Part shown: one piece after another, positions 1-8,889 of the stretch
Layout: each line of letters opens with the position of its first letter
Position numbering within the stretch: the stretch's first letter is position 1
DNA from: an uncultured Streptomycetaceae bacterium
GTDB lineage: Bacteria; Pseudomonadota; Gammaproteobacteria; Burkholderiales; SG8-41
NCBI GenBank assembly: GCA_964581835.1
Contig: CAZOQY010000001.1
Location: 1-36,810, forward strand
DNA: 36,810 bases
Reading direction: 5' to 3'
Position numbers and translations under genes: made by a program
The notes under the pieces: generated by a model
The model's database searches: none
The model's input: the letters and a program-made list of their open reading frames with translations, nothing else
Told to the model about the DNA's origin: nothing

Positions 1-1
1 G

Positions 2-901
2 CACGCGCAGGCGCCGGCCTATCCGTCCAAGCCCATCCGCATGGTCATCGCGCTGGCGCCGGGCGGGGGCGTGGATACGACGGGGCGCTTGGTGGCCGCG
101 AAGCTGAGCCAGGCGTGGGGGCAGTCGGTGGTGGCCGACAACCGGCCGGGCGCGGGCGGCTCGATCGCGTCCGAGATCGTCGCGAAATCCCCGCCCGACG
201 GCTACACCCTCCTCGCCAATTCGTCCGGCGTCACGATCACGCCGAGCCTGATGAAGCTCGGCTATGACGCCCACAAGGAACTGATGCCGGTGACGATGGT
301 GTTCATCTCACCCGGCGTCATGGTGGTGCACCCGTCGCTGCCGGTGAAGAGCGTGAAGGAGCTGATCGCCTTCGCGAAGACGCGGCCGAACGAGCTGTTC
401 TATTCGTCGTCGGGGCAGGGCTCGGCGCAGCACCTGTCGATGGCGCTGTTCTGCCAGATGACGGGGCTACAGATGACGCACGTGCCGTACAAGGGCACCT
501 CGCCCAGCATCACCGACCTGGTGGCGGGCCGCATCGCCGTCACCGTGGCGAGCGTGATCTCGACGCGGCCGTTCTTCACCACCGGGCGGCTGCGCGCGCT
601 GGCGACCGTGGGCACCAGGCGCACGCCGGCTTTGCCGGAGTACCCGACCGTGGCCGAGTCCGGCCTGCCGGATTTCGGCGTGGACCAGTGGTACGGAATA
701 TTCCTGCCGGGCGGCACGAGCAAGGACATCGCCAACCGGATCCACGAGGTCGTGGCGAAGGCGGTGTTCGAGCCGGAAGCCCGCAAGACGCTGCTCGGCC
801 AGGGGCTGGATTCGGTCGCCAGCACGCCGGACGAATTCGCCGCCCTCTATAGCAGGGAGATCGCCCGCTGGGCGAAGGTCGTGAAGGCGGTCGGGCTGTA
901 G
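2..901 (+). CDS. Bug/TctC-family periplasmic solute-binding protein (tripartite tricarboxylate transporter receptor), 5' end outside window
   Basis: The frame of ORF 41..901 stays open back to base 2 (HAQAPAYPSKPIRMVIALAPGGGVD), so the signal peptide lies upstream of the window. Bug hallmarks are present: AYPSKPIR mature N-terminus, DNRPGAGG, PPDGYTLL and HVPYKG. Confidence 0.9.
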   Translation, partial: HAQAPAYPSKPIRMVIALAPGGGVDTTGRLVAAKLSQAWGQSVVADNRPGAGGSIASEIVAKSPPDGYTLLANSSGVTITPSLMKLGYDAHKELMPVTMVFISPGVMVVHPSLPVKSVKELIAFAKTRPNELFYSSSGQGSAQHLSMALFCQMTGLQMTHVPYKGTSPSITDLVAGRIAVTVASVISTRPFFTTGRLRALATVGTRRTPALPEYPTVAESGLPDFGVDQWYGIFLPGGTSKDIANRIHEVVAKAVFEPEARKTLLGQGLDSVASTPDEFAALYSREIARWAKVVKAVGL

Positions 902-992
902 GGCCCGGCAGAATAATACGTGCCGTCGGCATGCCGGGAGCGGCTGCCGGCACCGGGTTTCCCGGGATCTGGTGCCATAGCCGGCGCAATCC

Positions 993-1550
993 TCAGGTCG
1001 CGACGTCGTTTCGTTCCGGCGCGCGCTTGCGGCCGTGGAACATCGTCGCGACCAGGTTCTCGCGATGGCGCAGCGAGGAGAAGATGACGCCGGCGACGTG
1101 CAGCGCGATGAGCCCGAGCAGGGCGTTGGCCAGTCCTTCGTGGAGTTCTTCCATCCACTCGACACCCCAGAATGCATCGGTGGTGTAGAGCCAGCCCGAG
1201 CCGCCGACGAGGATGACCATGATGATGAGCGCAACAATCATGTACGCGCCGAGCGGGTTGTGTCCGACGTGCCGGGGCTCGCTGCGAGCGAGCACCTGGC
1301 GCGCGTACAGTAACGTTGCCGCCGGCGCGCGAACGAACTGGCTGAAGCGCGCGTAGCGCGTGCCGACCAGGCCCCAGGCGATGCGCGCGCTCACGATTGC
1401 CAGCGCGGCATATCCGAGCCATTCATGGACGGGGCCGCTATCCTCCGTCAGCCAGGCGCCGGCGACGGTGATGGCGAGCATCCAGTGAGCGAAGCGTACG
1501 AACGCGTCCCAGACCTTGATCGTGGGCGCGCCCGGAGCGCCGGCTGTCAT
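993..1550 (-). CDS. cytochrome b561 / Ni-Fe-hydrogenase b-type cytochrome family membrane protein
   Basis: This is the C-terminal part of ORF 993..1754. I chose the ATG at 1550 (MTAGAPGAPTIKVWDAFVRFAHWML), which overlaps the stop of the upstream PepSY gene (ATGA, 1547-1550). It has four hydrophobic helices with conserved His residues (FAHWM, HEWLGY, GHNPLG, ALHVAG), typical of PF01292-type cytochrome b. Confidence 0.8.
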   Translation of the reverse strand: MTAGAPGAPTIKVWDAFVRFAHWMLAITVAGAWLTEDSGPVHEWLGYAALAIVSARIAWGLVGTRYARFSQFVRAPAATLLYARQVLARSEPRHVGHNPLGAYMIVALIIMVILVGGSGWLYTTDAFWGVEWMEELHEGLANALLGLIALHVAGVIFSSLRHRENLVATMFHGRKRAPERNDVAT

Positions 1551-1834
1551 TGACGCGGATAGCGGCTGGTCGGCACCAGGTCCAGCGTTTTCGGGTGAAA
1601 GTACGCTTCCACCCGCTCGCCTTTTTCGTCGAACGCGTAGACCTCGTAGCATCCGCCGTCTTCCTTGACGCGCCGGATCTTCCATCCCCGTCCGGTCAGC
1701 ATCTTCTCGAGCCTGTCCTGCGGTTGCCAGGACTCGCGCGGGCCGGAGTCGCAAGTGGCGAGGCCTGTCGCGCCGGCCTGCGCGGCGGCGAGCAGCGATG
1801 CGAGACCGAGCGCGGCAATCAATGTGTGCTTCAT
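1547..1834 (-). CDS. PepSY-domain periplasmic protein
   Basis: The 95-aa product has a signal peptide MKHTLIAALGLASLLAAAQA. The motif GWKIRRVKEDGGCYEVYAFDEKGERVEAYFHPKT is a PepSY-type beta-hairpin. The gene is translationally coupled to the cytochrome b gene downstream. Confidence 0.75.
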   Translation of the reverse strand: MKHTLIAALGLASLLAAAQAGATGLATCDSGPRESWQPQDRLEKMLTGRGWKIRRVKEDGGCYEVYAFDEKGERVEAYFHPKTLDLVPTSRYPRQ

Positions 1835-1908
1835 GAAGGGTCCTTTCGATTTATCCGGGAAATCACGATCGAGAGCGTAGCAGATGCGCGGCGGGCGGCA
1901 GACTGTCG

Positions 1909-1923
1909 TTACAAATTCTTACA
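1909..1923 (-). promoter_or_regulatory. direct repeat TGTAA-N5-TGTAA (10-bp period), response-regulator-like site
   Basis: The plus strand reads TTACAaattcTTACA. It is centred about 80 bp upstream of the PepSY start codon at 1834. Confidence 0.3.
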
Positions 1924-1965
1924 GCGTTGCGCCGCTGCAAGGCGGGCCGGTTGCCGCCGGCAAAT

Positions 1966-1991
1966 GGGGTCGGCGTCGATCTTCCGACCCC
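1966..1991 (-). terminator. hairpin GGGGTCGG-N10-CCGACCCC downstream of the alpha-hydroxyacid dehydrogenase gene
   Basis: An 8-bp GC stem lies 23 bp after the stop at 2014. On the minus strand it is followed only by ATTTG, which is a weak U-tract. Confidence 0.3.
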
Positions 1992-2013
1992 GCGATCTCC
2001 CGATCTCCCGGAT

Positions 2014-3237
<1,224 letters not shown>

Positions 3238-3332
3238 GTCGCCGGTATCCTCCATTCCGAATCCGGCGATTCTACTAGAAGAAGCAACAGGGTCGTTTCG
3301 AGACTCCCCGTGCGCCGGGTTCCGGGCCGGCG

Positions 3333-4367
3333 CTACTGCACTTTCAGGCCGGCGAGCTTGATCGCCTGCGTAAAGCGGCCTTCCTCGGCATGAATGTGCC
3401 TGAGGAACGCTTCCGGCGTGCTGGTCGTCGGCTCGGCGCCCTGTCGCTCGAACTGCTCGCGCGTGGTCGGGTTGTTCATCACCCTGACGAGCGAGGCGTA
3501 GATCCGGTCGAACAGCGGCCGGGGTAGGGTCCGTTGCGCGACGAGGCCGGCCCAGCCCGTTGAAACGAAGCCCGGCACGCCGGATTCGCCGATCGTCGGC
3601 ACGTCCGGCAGTTGCGGCGAGCGCTTCTCGCCGCCGGTACCAATGGGTATGAGCCGTCCCGCGCGCAGGTGCGCGACCACCGACGGCAACGGAACGATCG
3701 TCATCTGGGATTCGCCCGCGGCGACCATGGTCGTGGAGGTGCCTCCCTTGTAAGGTACGTGCAGCACCTCGATGCCGGCCATGTGCGTGAACAGCACGCC
3801 GGCAAGATGGCTCTGGAAACCCGATCCCGCGTTCGCCATGTTGAGCTTGCCGGGATTGGCCTTCGCGTAGGCGATGAGATCCTTGACGCTGCGGAACGGC
3901 ACGCTGGCATTCACCACCAGCACGTTCTGCGTGCTCGCGATCATCGAGATCTGCGCGAAGTCCCGGGTCGGGTGGTAGGAGAGGTTGCGGTAGACCTGGG
4001 GCGAGATTACCTGCATCGCGGTGGAAGACATGAGCAGGGTGTAGCCGTCGGGCGCGGCGCGCGCGGCGATCTCGGCGCCGATCGTGCCGCCGGCGCCGCC
4101 GCGGTTGTCCACGATCACCTGTTTCTGCCATTCCTCGGTGAGCCGCGCGGCGAGGACGCGACCGAGGTTGTCGACGGAACTCCCGGTCCCCTGGGCGACG
4201 ATCAGGCGCACCGGCTTGGAGGGATAGCTGGCCGCCGGTTCGGCCGCCACGCAGATTCCGTGGGCCAGTCCCAGCGCCCATGCGGCGCACGCGGCCCGCG
4301 AAAATCGCCGGCTGTGATCCGGCGCGATCGAGATTCGAGAAACGGACTGCGCGAGAGTATCGGGCAT
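3333..4367 (-). CDS. Bug/TctC-family periplasmic solute-binding protein
   Basis: This is the last 344 codons of ORF 3333..4814. The ATG at 4367 is preceded by GGAGGAG. Motifs include SYPSKPVRLIV, DNRGGAGG, APDGYTLL and HVPYKG. A long N-region with SRRFSR precedes the hydrophobic core. Confidence 0.9.
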   Translation of the reverse strand: MPDTLAQSVSRISIAPDHSRRFSRAACAAWALGLAHGICVAAEPAASYPSKPVRLIVAQGTGSSVDNLGRVLAARLTEEWQKQVIVDNRGGAGGTIGAEIAARAAPDGYTLLMSSTAMQVISPQVYRNLSYHPTRDFAQISMIASTQNVLVVNASVPFRSVKDLIAYAKANPGKLNMANAGSGFQSHLAGVLFTHMAGIEVLHVPYKGGTSTTMVAAGESQMTIVPLPSVVAHLRAGRLIPIGTGGEKRSPQLPDVPTIGESGVPGFVSTGWAGLVAQRTLPRPLFDRIYASLVRVMNNPTTREQFERQGAEPTTSTPEAFLRHIHAEEGRFTQAIKLAGLKVQ

Positions 4368-4395
4368 GGCGTCTCCTCCAGGTGCTTGCGGCAGA

Positions 4396-4424
4396 TTGTA
4401 ATGCCGGGGATGCCATGTTGTAAT
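4396..4424 (+). promoter_or_regulatory. sigma70-like promoter TTGTAA-N17-TGTAAT
   Basis: TTGTAA at 4396-4401, a 17-nt spacer and TGTAAT at 4419-4424 lie 31 nt upstream of the ATG at 4456. Confidence 0.4.
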
Positions 4425-4455
4425 CCGCTCCTCTTTCCGGCACGAAAGAAGCGAC

Positions 4456-5178
4456 ATGACCGCGGTTCCAGGCGAATTTCGCGTGATGACTTCCGGCGCC
4501 TTTACCGCGGCGCACCTGGCGTTGATCCCGCAATTGGAGCAGGTGGTGAAGGCGAAGGTCGTCACCGCCTCGACGTCCATCGGTACCGGTGACATGTCCA
4601 TCCCCAACCGCCTGAAGCGCGGCGAGGTGGTGGACATCGTCATCGTGGCCGAGGGGGTGAACCGCCAGTTCGCCACCGACGGGCTGGTGCTGGCCGACGG
4701 GCTCACGGTGCTCGCGCGCTCGGGCATGGCGATGGCGGTGCGCGCGGGCGCGCCGAAGCTGGATATCGGCTCGATCGATGCGCTGCGGAAGACGCTGCTG
4801 GCGGCGAAATCCATCGGCTACTCGGCGAGCGAGAGCGGCAAGTATTTCACCGGGGTATTGGTGCAGCGCCTCGGCATCGCCGACCAGGTGCTGCCCAAGA
4901 GCCGCCTCGTCGGCGGCGGCGAGCGCGTGGGCACCGTGGTCGCGCGCGGCGAACTGGAGTTGGGCATCCAGCAACTGAGCGAGATGCTGCCGGTGCCGGG
5001 GCTCGCGCACATCACGCCGCTGCCGCCGGAAGTGCAGAAAATGTCGTCCTTCGCGGCCGGCGTCGCCGCGACCTGCCCGGACAGGGCGCGCGCCCGCGCG
5101 GCGATCGCATTCCTGGCTTCGCCGGCGGCGGCCGGGACCATCGCGAGCACCGGCCTGGAGCCCGCGGCCGGTCGATAG
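4456..5178 (+). CDS. ModA-like type-2 periplasmic-binding-fold protein without a signal peptide
   Basis: The 240-aa product starts directly in the first beta strand (EFRVMTSGAF) with no hydrophobic leader. The motifs VVDIVIVAEG, AVRAGAPKLDIGS, ELELGIQQLSE and FLASPAAA resemble the molybdate/SBP_bac_11-like family. No ABC permease or ATPase gene lies nearby. Confidence 0.6.
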   Translation: MTAVPGEFRVMTSGAFTAAHLALIPQLEQVVKAKVVTASTSIGTGDMSIPNRLKRGEVVDIVIVAEGVNRQFATDGLVLADGLTVLARSGMAMAVRAGAPKLDIGSIDALRKTLLAAKSIGYSASESGKYFTGVLVQRLGIADQVLPKSRLVGGGERVGTVVARGELELGIQQLSEMLPVPGLAHITPLPPEVQKMSSFAAGVAATCPDRARARAAIAFLASPAAAGTIASTGLEPAAGR

Positions 5179-5219
5179 GTTTTCCTCTCCGGCCATAGGC
5201 GCGGCAGACAGCGAACGGC

Positions 5220-6275
5220 ATGAGCTCGATCACCTGTCCCAAGTGCGGTTACGCGCGCAAGCCGGAGGACGCGGCGCCCGGGTGGCAATGTCCTGCCTGC
5301 GGGATCGCCTACAAGAAGTTCCGCGACGCGGCCGCCGCGCGGGAGGGCGATGCAGCTTCCAGCAAGGGTGCGATCGTGGACTTGCGCGAGCGGACCCTGC
5401 TGTCGGCCGGGCGGGGCGACCAGTCCGGCGGCACGGCGCTGATCACCTACGGGCTCCTGCTGTTCACGTTTCTCTGGTTTCCGGCCTACACGGAGTCGAT
5501 GAGACTGATGTCGTGGCTGCCGCCCCTGATGGTCGTCAGTTCGTTCTACTTCTGGCTCGGCGCATACCGCCGGTTGAAAATGGTGGCGGACGTGCCGACC
5601 TCGACGGTCGCGGCCGCGGCGCAGGGCTATGTTGAACTGATCGGGACGGCGGCGCATGCCACCGGCGATTCGCTCGTCGGGCACCTCACGCGCGTGCCCT
5701 GTGTCTGGTATCGCTACGAATGGCACCGGGCCAGCGACAAGACCGGTGACGTCGGCGAGCGCGGCGTGCCGTTCATCCTGCGGGACGCGACCGGCGATTG
5801 CGTGATCGATCCCGCCGGGGCGGAGGCGATTTGCGACCGCTGCCAGACCTGGATCGGGGAGGGAGCCTATTTTCGGGAGTGGAGCATCCGCGTCGGCGAT
5901 CCCGTCTACGCCATCGGGCATTTCAGTTCAGGCGGCGCCGCGGAGAAGCGGCAGGTCGACCTGCGGACGGCGTACGCGCTGGCGGCGCTGGAACGAAAGC
6001 CGGAAGAGTATGCGGCCCGGTTCGACGCCGACGGGGACGGAAAGGTGGACAGGCGGGAGGCGACGCTCGCCCGCGCCGACAAACGTCGCGAGATCCTGGG
6101 GGAAGTGGCGCGGAGCGGCGGCGTGCACACGCTGGGCGCTTCTCCCGACGGGCGCCCGTTCCTGATCATCGGCGCCGACCATGAAAAGGTCGTTTCACGC
6201 TACCGTTTGCTGACGGTGGCGCACCTGGCCGTGTTCGTCGCCTCGCTGGGGGCAGCCGCGTTCGTCTGGATTTGA
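5220..6275 (+). CDS. membrane protein with N-terminal zinc ribbon, GIDE-like domain and EF-hand loop
   Basis: The N-terminus carries CPKCG-x16-CPACG. Two TM helices follow (ALITYGLLLFTFLWF, WLPPLMVVSSFYFWLGAY). The GIDE-like core runs GYVELIGTA...LTRVPCVWYRYEW...PFILRDATGDCVIDPAGA...VGDPVYAIGHF. There is a canonical EF-hand loop DADGDGKVDRRE and a C-terminal TM helix (LLTVAHLAVFVASLGAAAFVWI). Confidence 0.6.
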   Translation: MSSITCPKCGYARKPEDAAPGWQCPACGIAYKKFRDAAAAREGDAASSKGAIVDLRERTLLSAGRGDQSGGTALITYGLLLFTFLWFPAYTESMRLMSWLPPLMVVSSFYFWLGAYRRLKMVADVPTSTVAAAAQGYVELIGTAAHATGDSLVGHLTRVPCVWYRYEWHRASDKTGDVGERGVPFILRDATGDCVIDPAGAEAICDRCQTWIGEGAYFREWSIRVGDPVYAIGHFSSGGAAEKRQVDLRTAYALAALERKPEEYAARFDADGDGKVDRREATLARADKRREILGEVARSGGVHTLGASPDGRPFLIIGADHEKVVSRYRLLTVAHLAVFVASLGAAAFVWI

Positions 6276-6301
6276 GACAATCATGTGCCGGAGGATGCCC
6301 G

Positions 6302-7006
6302 ATGAGTGAAAACCCGCTGCCCCGCGTGACCCACCTCGCGTTCGATATTTTCGGCACGGTGCTCGACTTGACCGGCAGCATCGTGCCGCCGACGCGCCAG
6401 TTCCTGGAGAGGAAGGGCGCGCTGCTGGGCGCGGAGGTGTTCTGGGACCAGTGGCGCGCGCGGCAGCGCATCGAGCAGTACCAGGACAGCCTGATGATGC
6501 TCGGCCACAGCGGCTACCTGGAGACGTGCCGCCGGGCGCTGGTCTACTGCCTGCGGCTGTGCGGCATTTCGTTCACCGGCGCGGAGGTGACGGAGCTCAT
6601 GGGGGCGTGGCAGATGCTCTCGCCGCATGCCGACGTGGCCGAAGGGTTGCGCCGCCTGAAGTCGCGTTACCGGCTGGTCGCGCTTTCCAACGGCGAGCAG
6701 GATTACCTCGAGCATCTCGAGCGCGAGCGGATGCGCTACGGTTTCGACGCCCTCATCTCGGTGCAGAAGGCGGGGTTCTTCAAGCCGCACCCGGCGGTGT
6801 ACCGCACCGGCGCGACCCTTCTCGGCGTCGAGCCGGACCGCATCATGATGGTCGCCGCGCATGCGTTCGACATCATGGGCGCGCGGGCATGCGGCTACCG
6901 CGGCGCCTACGTCAACCGCTACCGCCTGCCGTACGAGGAATCGCCGCACCGCCCCGACCTCGAGGCGCGCGATTTCGTCGAGCTGGCCGACAAGCTGGGC
7001 GTGTAG
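6302..7006 (+). CDS. haloacid dehalogenase type II / HAD-superfamily hydrolase
   Basis: The ATG at 6302 lies 7 nt after GGAGGA. HAD motifs are present: FDIFGTVLD (nucleophile Asp), ALSNG, FKPHPAVY and AAHAFDIMGA. Confidence 0.75.
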   Translation: MSENPLPRVTHLAFDIFGTVLDLTGSIVPPTRQFLERKGALLGAEVFWDQWRARQRIEQYQDSLMMLGHSGYLETCRRALVYCLRLCGISFTGAEVTELMGAWQMLSPHADVAEGLRRLKSRYRLVALSNGEQDYLEHLERERMRYGFDALISVQKAGFFKPHPAVYRTGATLLGVEPDRIMMVAAHAFDIMGARACGYRGAYVNRYRLPYEESPHRPDLEARDFVELADKLGV

Positions 7007-7044
7007 ACTCCCGGCCAGCGATCAAAATAACGAGGAGGAGAACC

Positions 7045-8007
7045 ATGAAGGCACGTATCGGCATGAAAATACTGGTATTGATGTCGGCGCTGGTTGCGTT
7101 GAACGCCCATGCGCAGGCTTACCCGAGCCGGCCGCTGCGGGTGCTGGTGCCGCTGGCAGCGGGCGGCGGCATGGATGCCGTCACGCGCGGCCTCGCGCAG
7201 AGCCTGACCGATGCCCTGGCGCAGACCGTCGTCGTGGACAACCGTCCCGGAGCCGGCAGCAACGTTTCCCTCGAGATTCTTGCCAGCGCGGCGCCGGACG
7301 GCCACACGCTGATGATGCTGAGCGCCACCACCGTGATCTACCCGCTGCTGTACGACTCGCGCTTCGACATCGTGCGGGACTTCGCGCCGGTGTCGCAGGT
7401 CACCGCGCAGGGCTACGCGCTGGTCGTGCATCCGTCGCTGCCCGCGAAATCGCCGCTCGAGTTCGTGAAATACGCGAAAGCGAATCCGGGCAAGTTGAAC
7501 TACAGTTCCTCCGGCATCGGCAGCCCGATTCACATGACCACGGAGCTGTTCCAGGCGGCGACCGGGACGAAGATGACTCACATCCCGTACAAGGGCATGG
7601 GCGCCGCTTACGCCGACCTGGTCGGCGGGCGCATCAACTTTTCGTTCGCGACCATCATCTCCGCCCAGCCGCACATCCAGGCCGGGCGCCTGCGCGCGCT
7701 GGCCGTGTCGCCGGGCAAGCGCGCGCCCGCGATGCCGGACATCCCGACGCTGACCGAGGCCGGCGTGCCGGTCGTGGTGGTGAACTGGTACGGGTTGATC
7801 GCGCCGAAAAGCACGCCGAAGGCCGTCCAGGATCGCGTCGCCGCCGAAACGATCAAGGCCGTGCGCGGGCCCGACATGTCGAAGCGCCTGGTTGCCGACG
7901 GCTCGGAGGGCGTGGGCAGCACGCCCGCGGAATTCACGCAACACATCCGCGCCGAGCACGCCATGTGGAGCAAGGTCATCAGGCAGGCCGGGATTCGCGG
8001 GCAGTAG
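7045..8007 (+). CDS. Bug/TctC-family periplasmic solute-binding protein
   Basis: The ATG at 7045 follows GAGGAGGAG. The signal peptide is MKARIGMKILVLMSALVALNAHAQA. Motifs include YPSRPLRVLV, DNRPGAGS, APDGHTLM and HIPYKG. Confidence 0.92.
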   Translation: MKARIGMKILVLMSALVALNAHAQAYPSRPLRVLVPLAAGGGMDAVTRGLAQSLTDALAQTVVVDNRPGAGSNVSLEILASAAPDGHTLMMLSATTVIYPLLYDSRFDIVRDFAPVSQVTAQGYALVVHPSLPAKSPLEFVKYAKANPGKLNYSSSGIGSPIHMTTELFQAATGTKMTHIPYKGMGAAYADLVGGRINFSFATIISAQPHIQAGRLRALAVSPGKRAPAMPDIPTLTEAGVPVVVVNWYGLIAPKSTPKAVQDRVAAETIKAVRGPDMSKRLVADGSEGVGSTPAEFTQHIRAEHAMWSKVIRQAGIRGQ

Positions 8008-8020
8008 ATCGCAAGGGGAA

Positions 8021-8488
8021 ATGACGCTGTTGCTGGCTTTCCTGATCGGCTTCTGCGCGGGCCTGCGCTCGTTGACGCCGCCCGCCGTCGCGTCGTGGGC
8101 CGCTTACCTCGGCTGGCTCAAGCTTCAGGGGCCGCTCGCCTTCATGGCATCGGTCTGGTCCGTCGCCATCTTCACCGTGCTGATGCTGGGCGAGCTGGCG
8201 GCCGACAAGTGGTGGGCGCGGATACCGGACCGCACGTCGGCGCCGCCGCTGATTGCGCGCATCCTCATCGGCGGCCTCGCTGGCGCCTGCGTGGCGCTCG
8301 CCGGGGGCGTGGATCCCGCGTTCGGCGGCGTACTTGGCGGGATCGGCGGCGTCGCCGGCACGTTCGCCGGCTTCCGCGCGCGCCGCAAGCTGACCCACGG
8401 TCTCGGGCTGCCTGATTTTCCCGTCGCCCTGGCCGAGGATCTCGTCGCGATCGGCGGCTGCCTGTGGATCGTGACGCAGTTCGCCTGA
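8021..8488 (+). CDS. DUF4126-like integral membrane protein
   Basis: The ATG at 8021 follows AAGGGGAA. The 155-aa product is Gly/Ala-rich and multi-TM (LLAFLIGFCAGLRSLTPPAVASWAAYLGW ... GGIGGVAGTFAGFRAR ... LAEDLVAIGGCLWIV). Confidence 0.6.
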   Translation: MTLLLAFLIGFCAGLRSLTPPAVASWAAYLGWLKLQGPLAFMASVWSVAIFTVLMLGELAADKWWARIPDRTSAPPLIARILIGGLAGACVALAGGVDPAFGGVLGGIGGVAGTFAGFRARRKLTHGLGLPDFPVALAEDLVAIGGCLWIVTQFA

Positions 8489-8505
8489 GGCCGGGACGCT
8501 GATCC

Positions 8506-8874
8506 GTGGAAACGTTTTTGCAGCAGATCCTCGAGGAGTATGGCCCGGTGCTGTTGCCGTTGCTGGGGCTCTGCCTGGGGCTGGCTTTCTTCTTCCGGGC
8601 CGGTCTCAGGACGCTCAAGCCGGGGGCGGGCGCCGATACGGATTTTTCGTGGATGCGGCTCCTCAAGCTCGCCGCGCGCCGGCGGCAGCCGCAGGACGAC
8701 CCCGACCCGCTCGTCGAGGCGGAGGTCTATCTTTCGTTCGGGCGCAAGGAACAGGCGATCGAGATACTGGAGGGGGCCATCAAGACGCATCCCGCCCGCC
8801 GCCAGGAATTCGAGACCCGGATACGCGAGCTGAGGGGCCAGCCGAAACCGGTCAACCCGGTCACAAAACTTTAG
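8506..8874 (+). CDS. small single-pass membrane protein with FimV-C-terminal-like TPR motif
   Basis: The GTG at 8506 is the first possible start after an in-frame TGA. Third codon positions are G/C-rich throughout. A TM helix (GPVLLPLLGLCLGLAFFF) is followed by PLVEAEVYLSFGRKEQAIEILEGAIKTHP, which resembles the FimV C-terminal repeat. Confidence 0.5.
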   Translation: METFLQQILEEYGPVLLPLLGLCLGLAFFFRAGLRTLKPGAGADTDFSWMRLLKLAARRRQPQDDPDPLVEAEVYLSFGRKEQAIEILEGAIKTHPARRQEFETRIRELRGQPKPVNPVTKL

Positions 8875-8889
8875 GAACGCCCGGACTTT

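Noticed and set aside
3333-4367. A twin-arginine (Tat) signal in the Bug protein (SRRFSRAA).
   Set aside because: It matches the S-R-R-x-F-L-K consensus only partially. Bug proteins are normally Sec substrates. I do not call it without a predictor.
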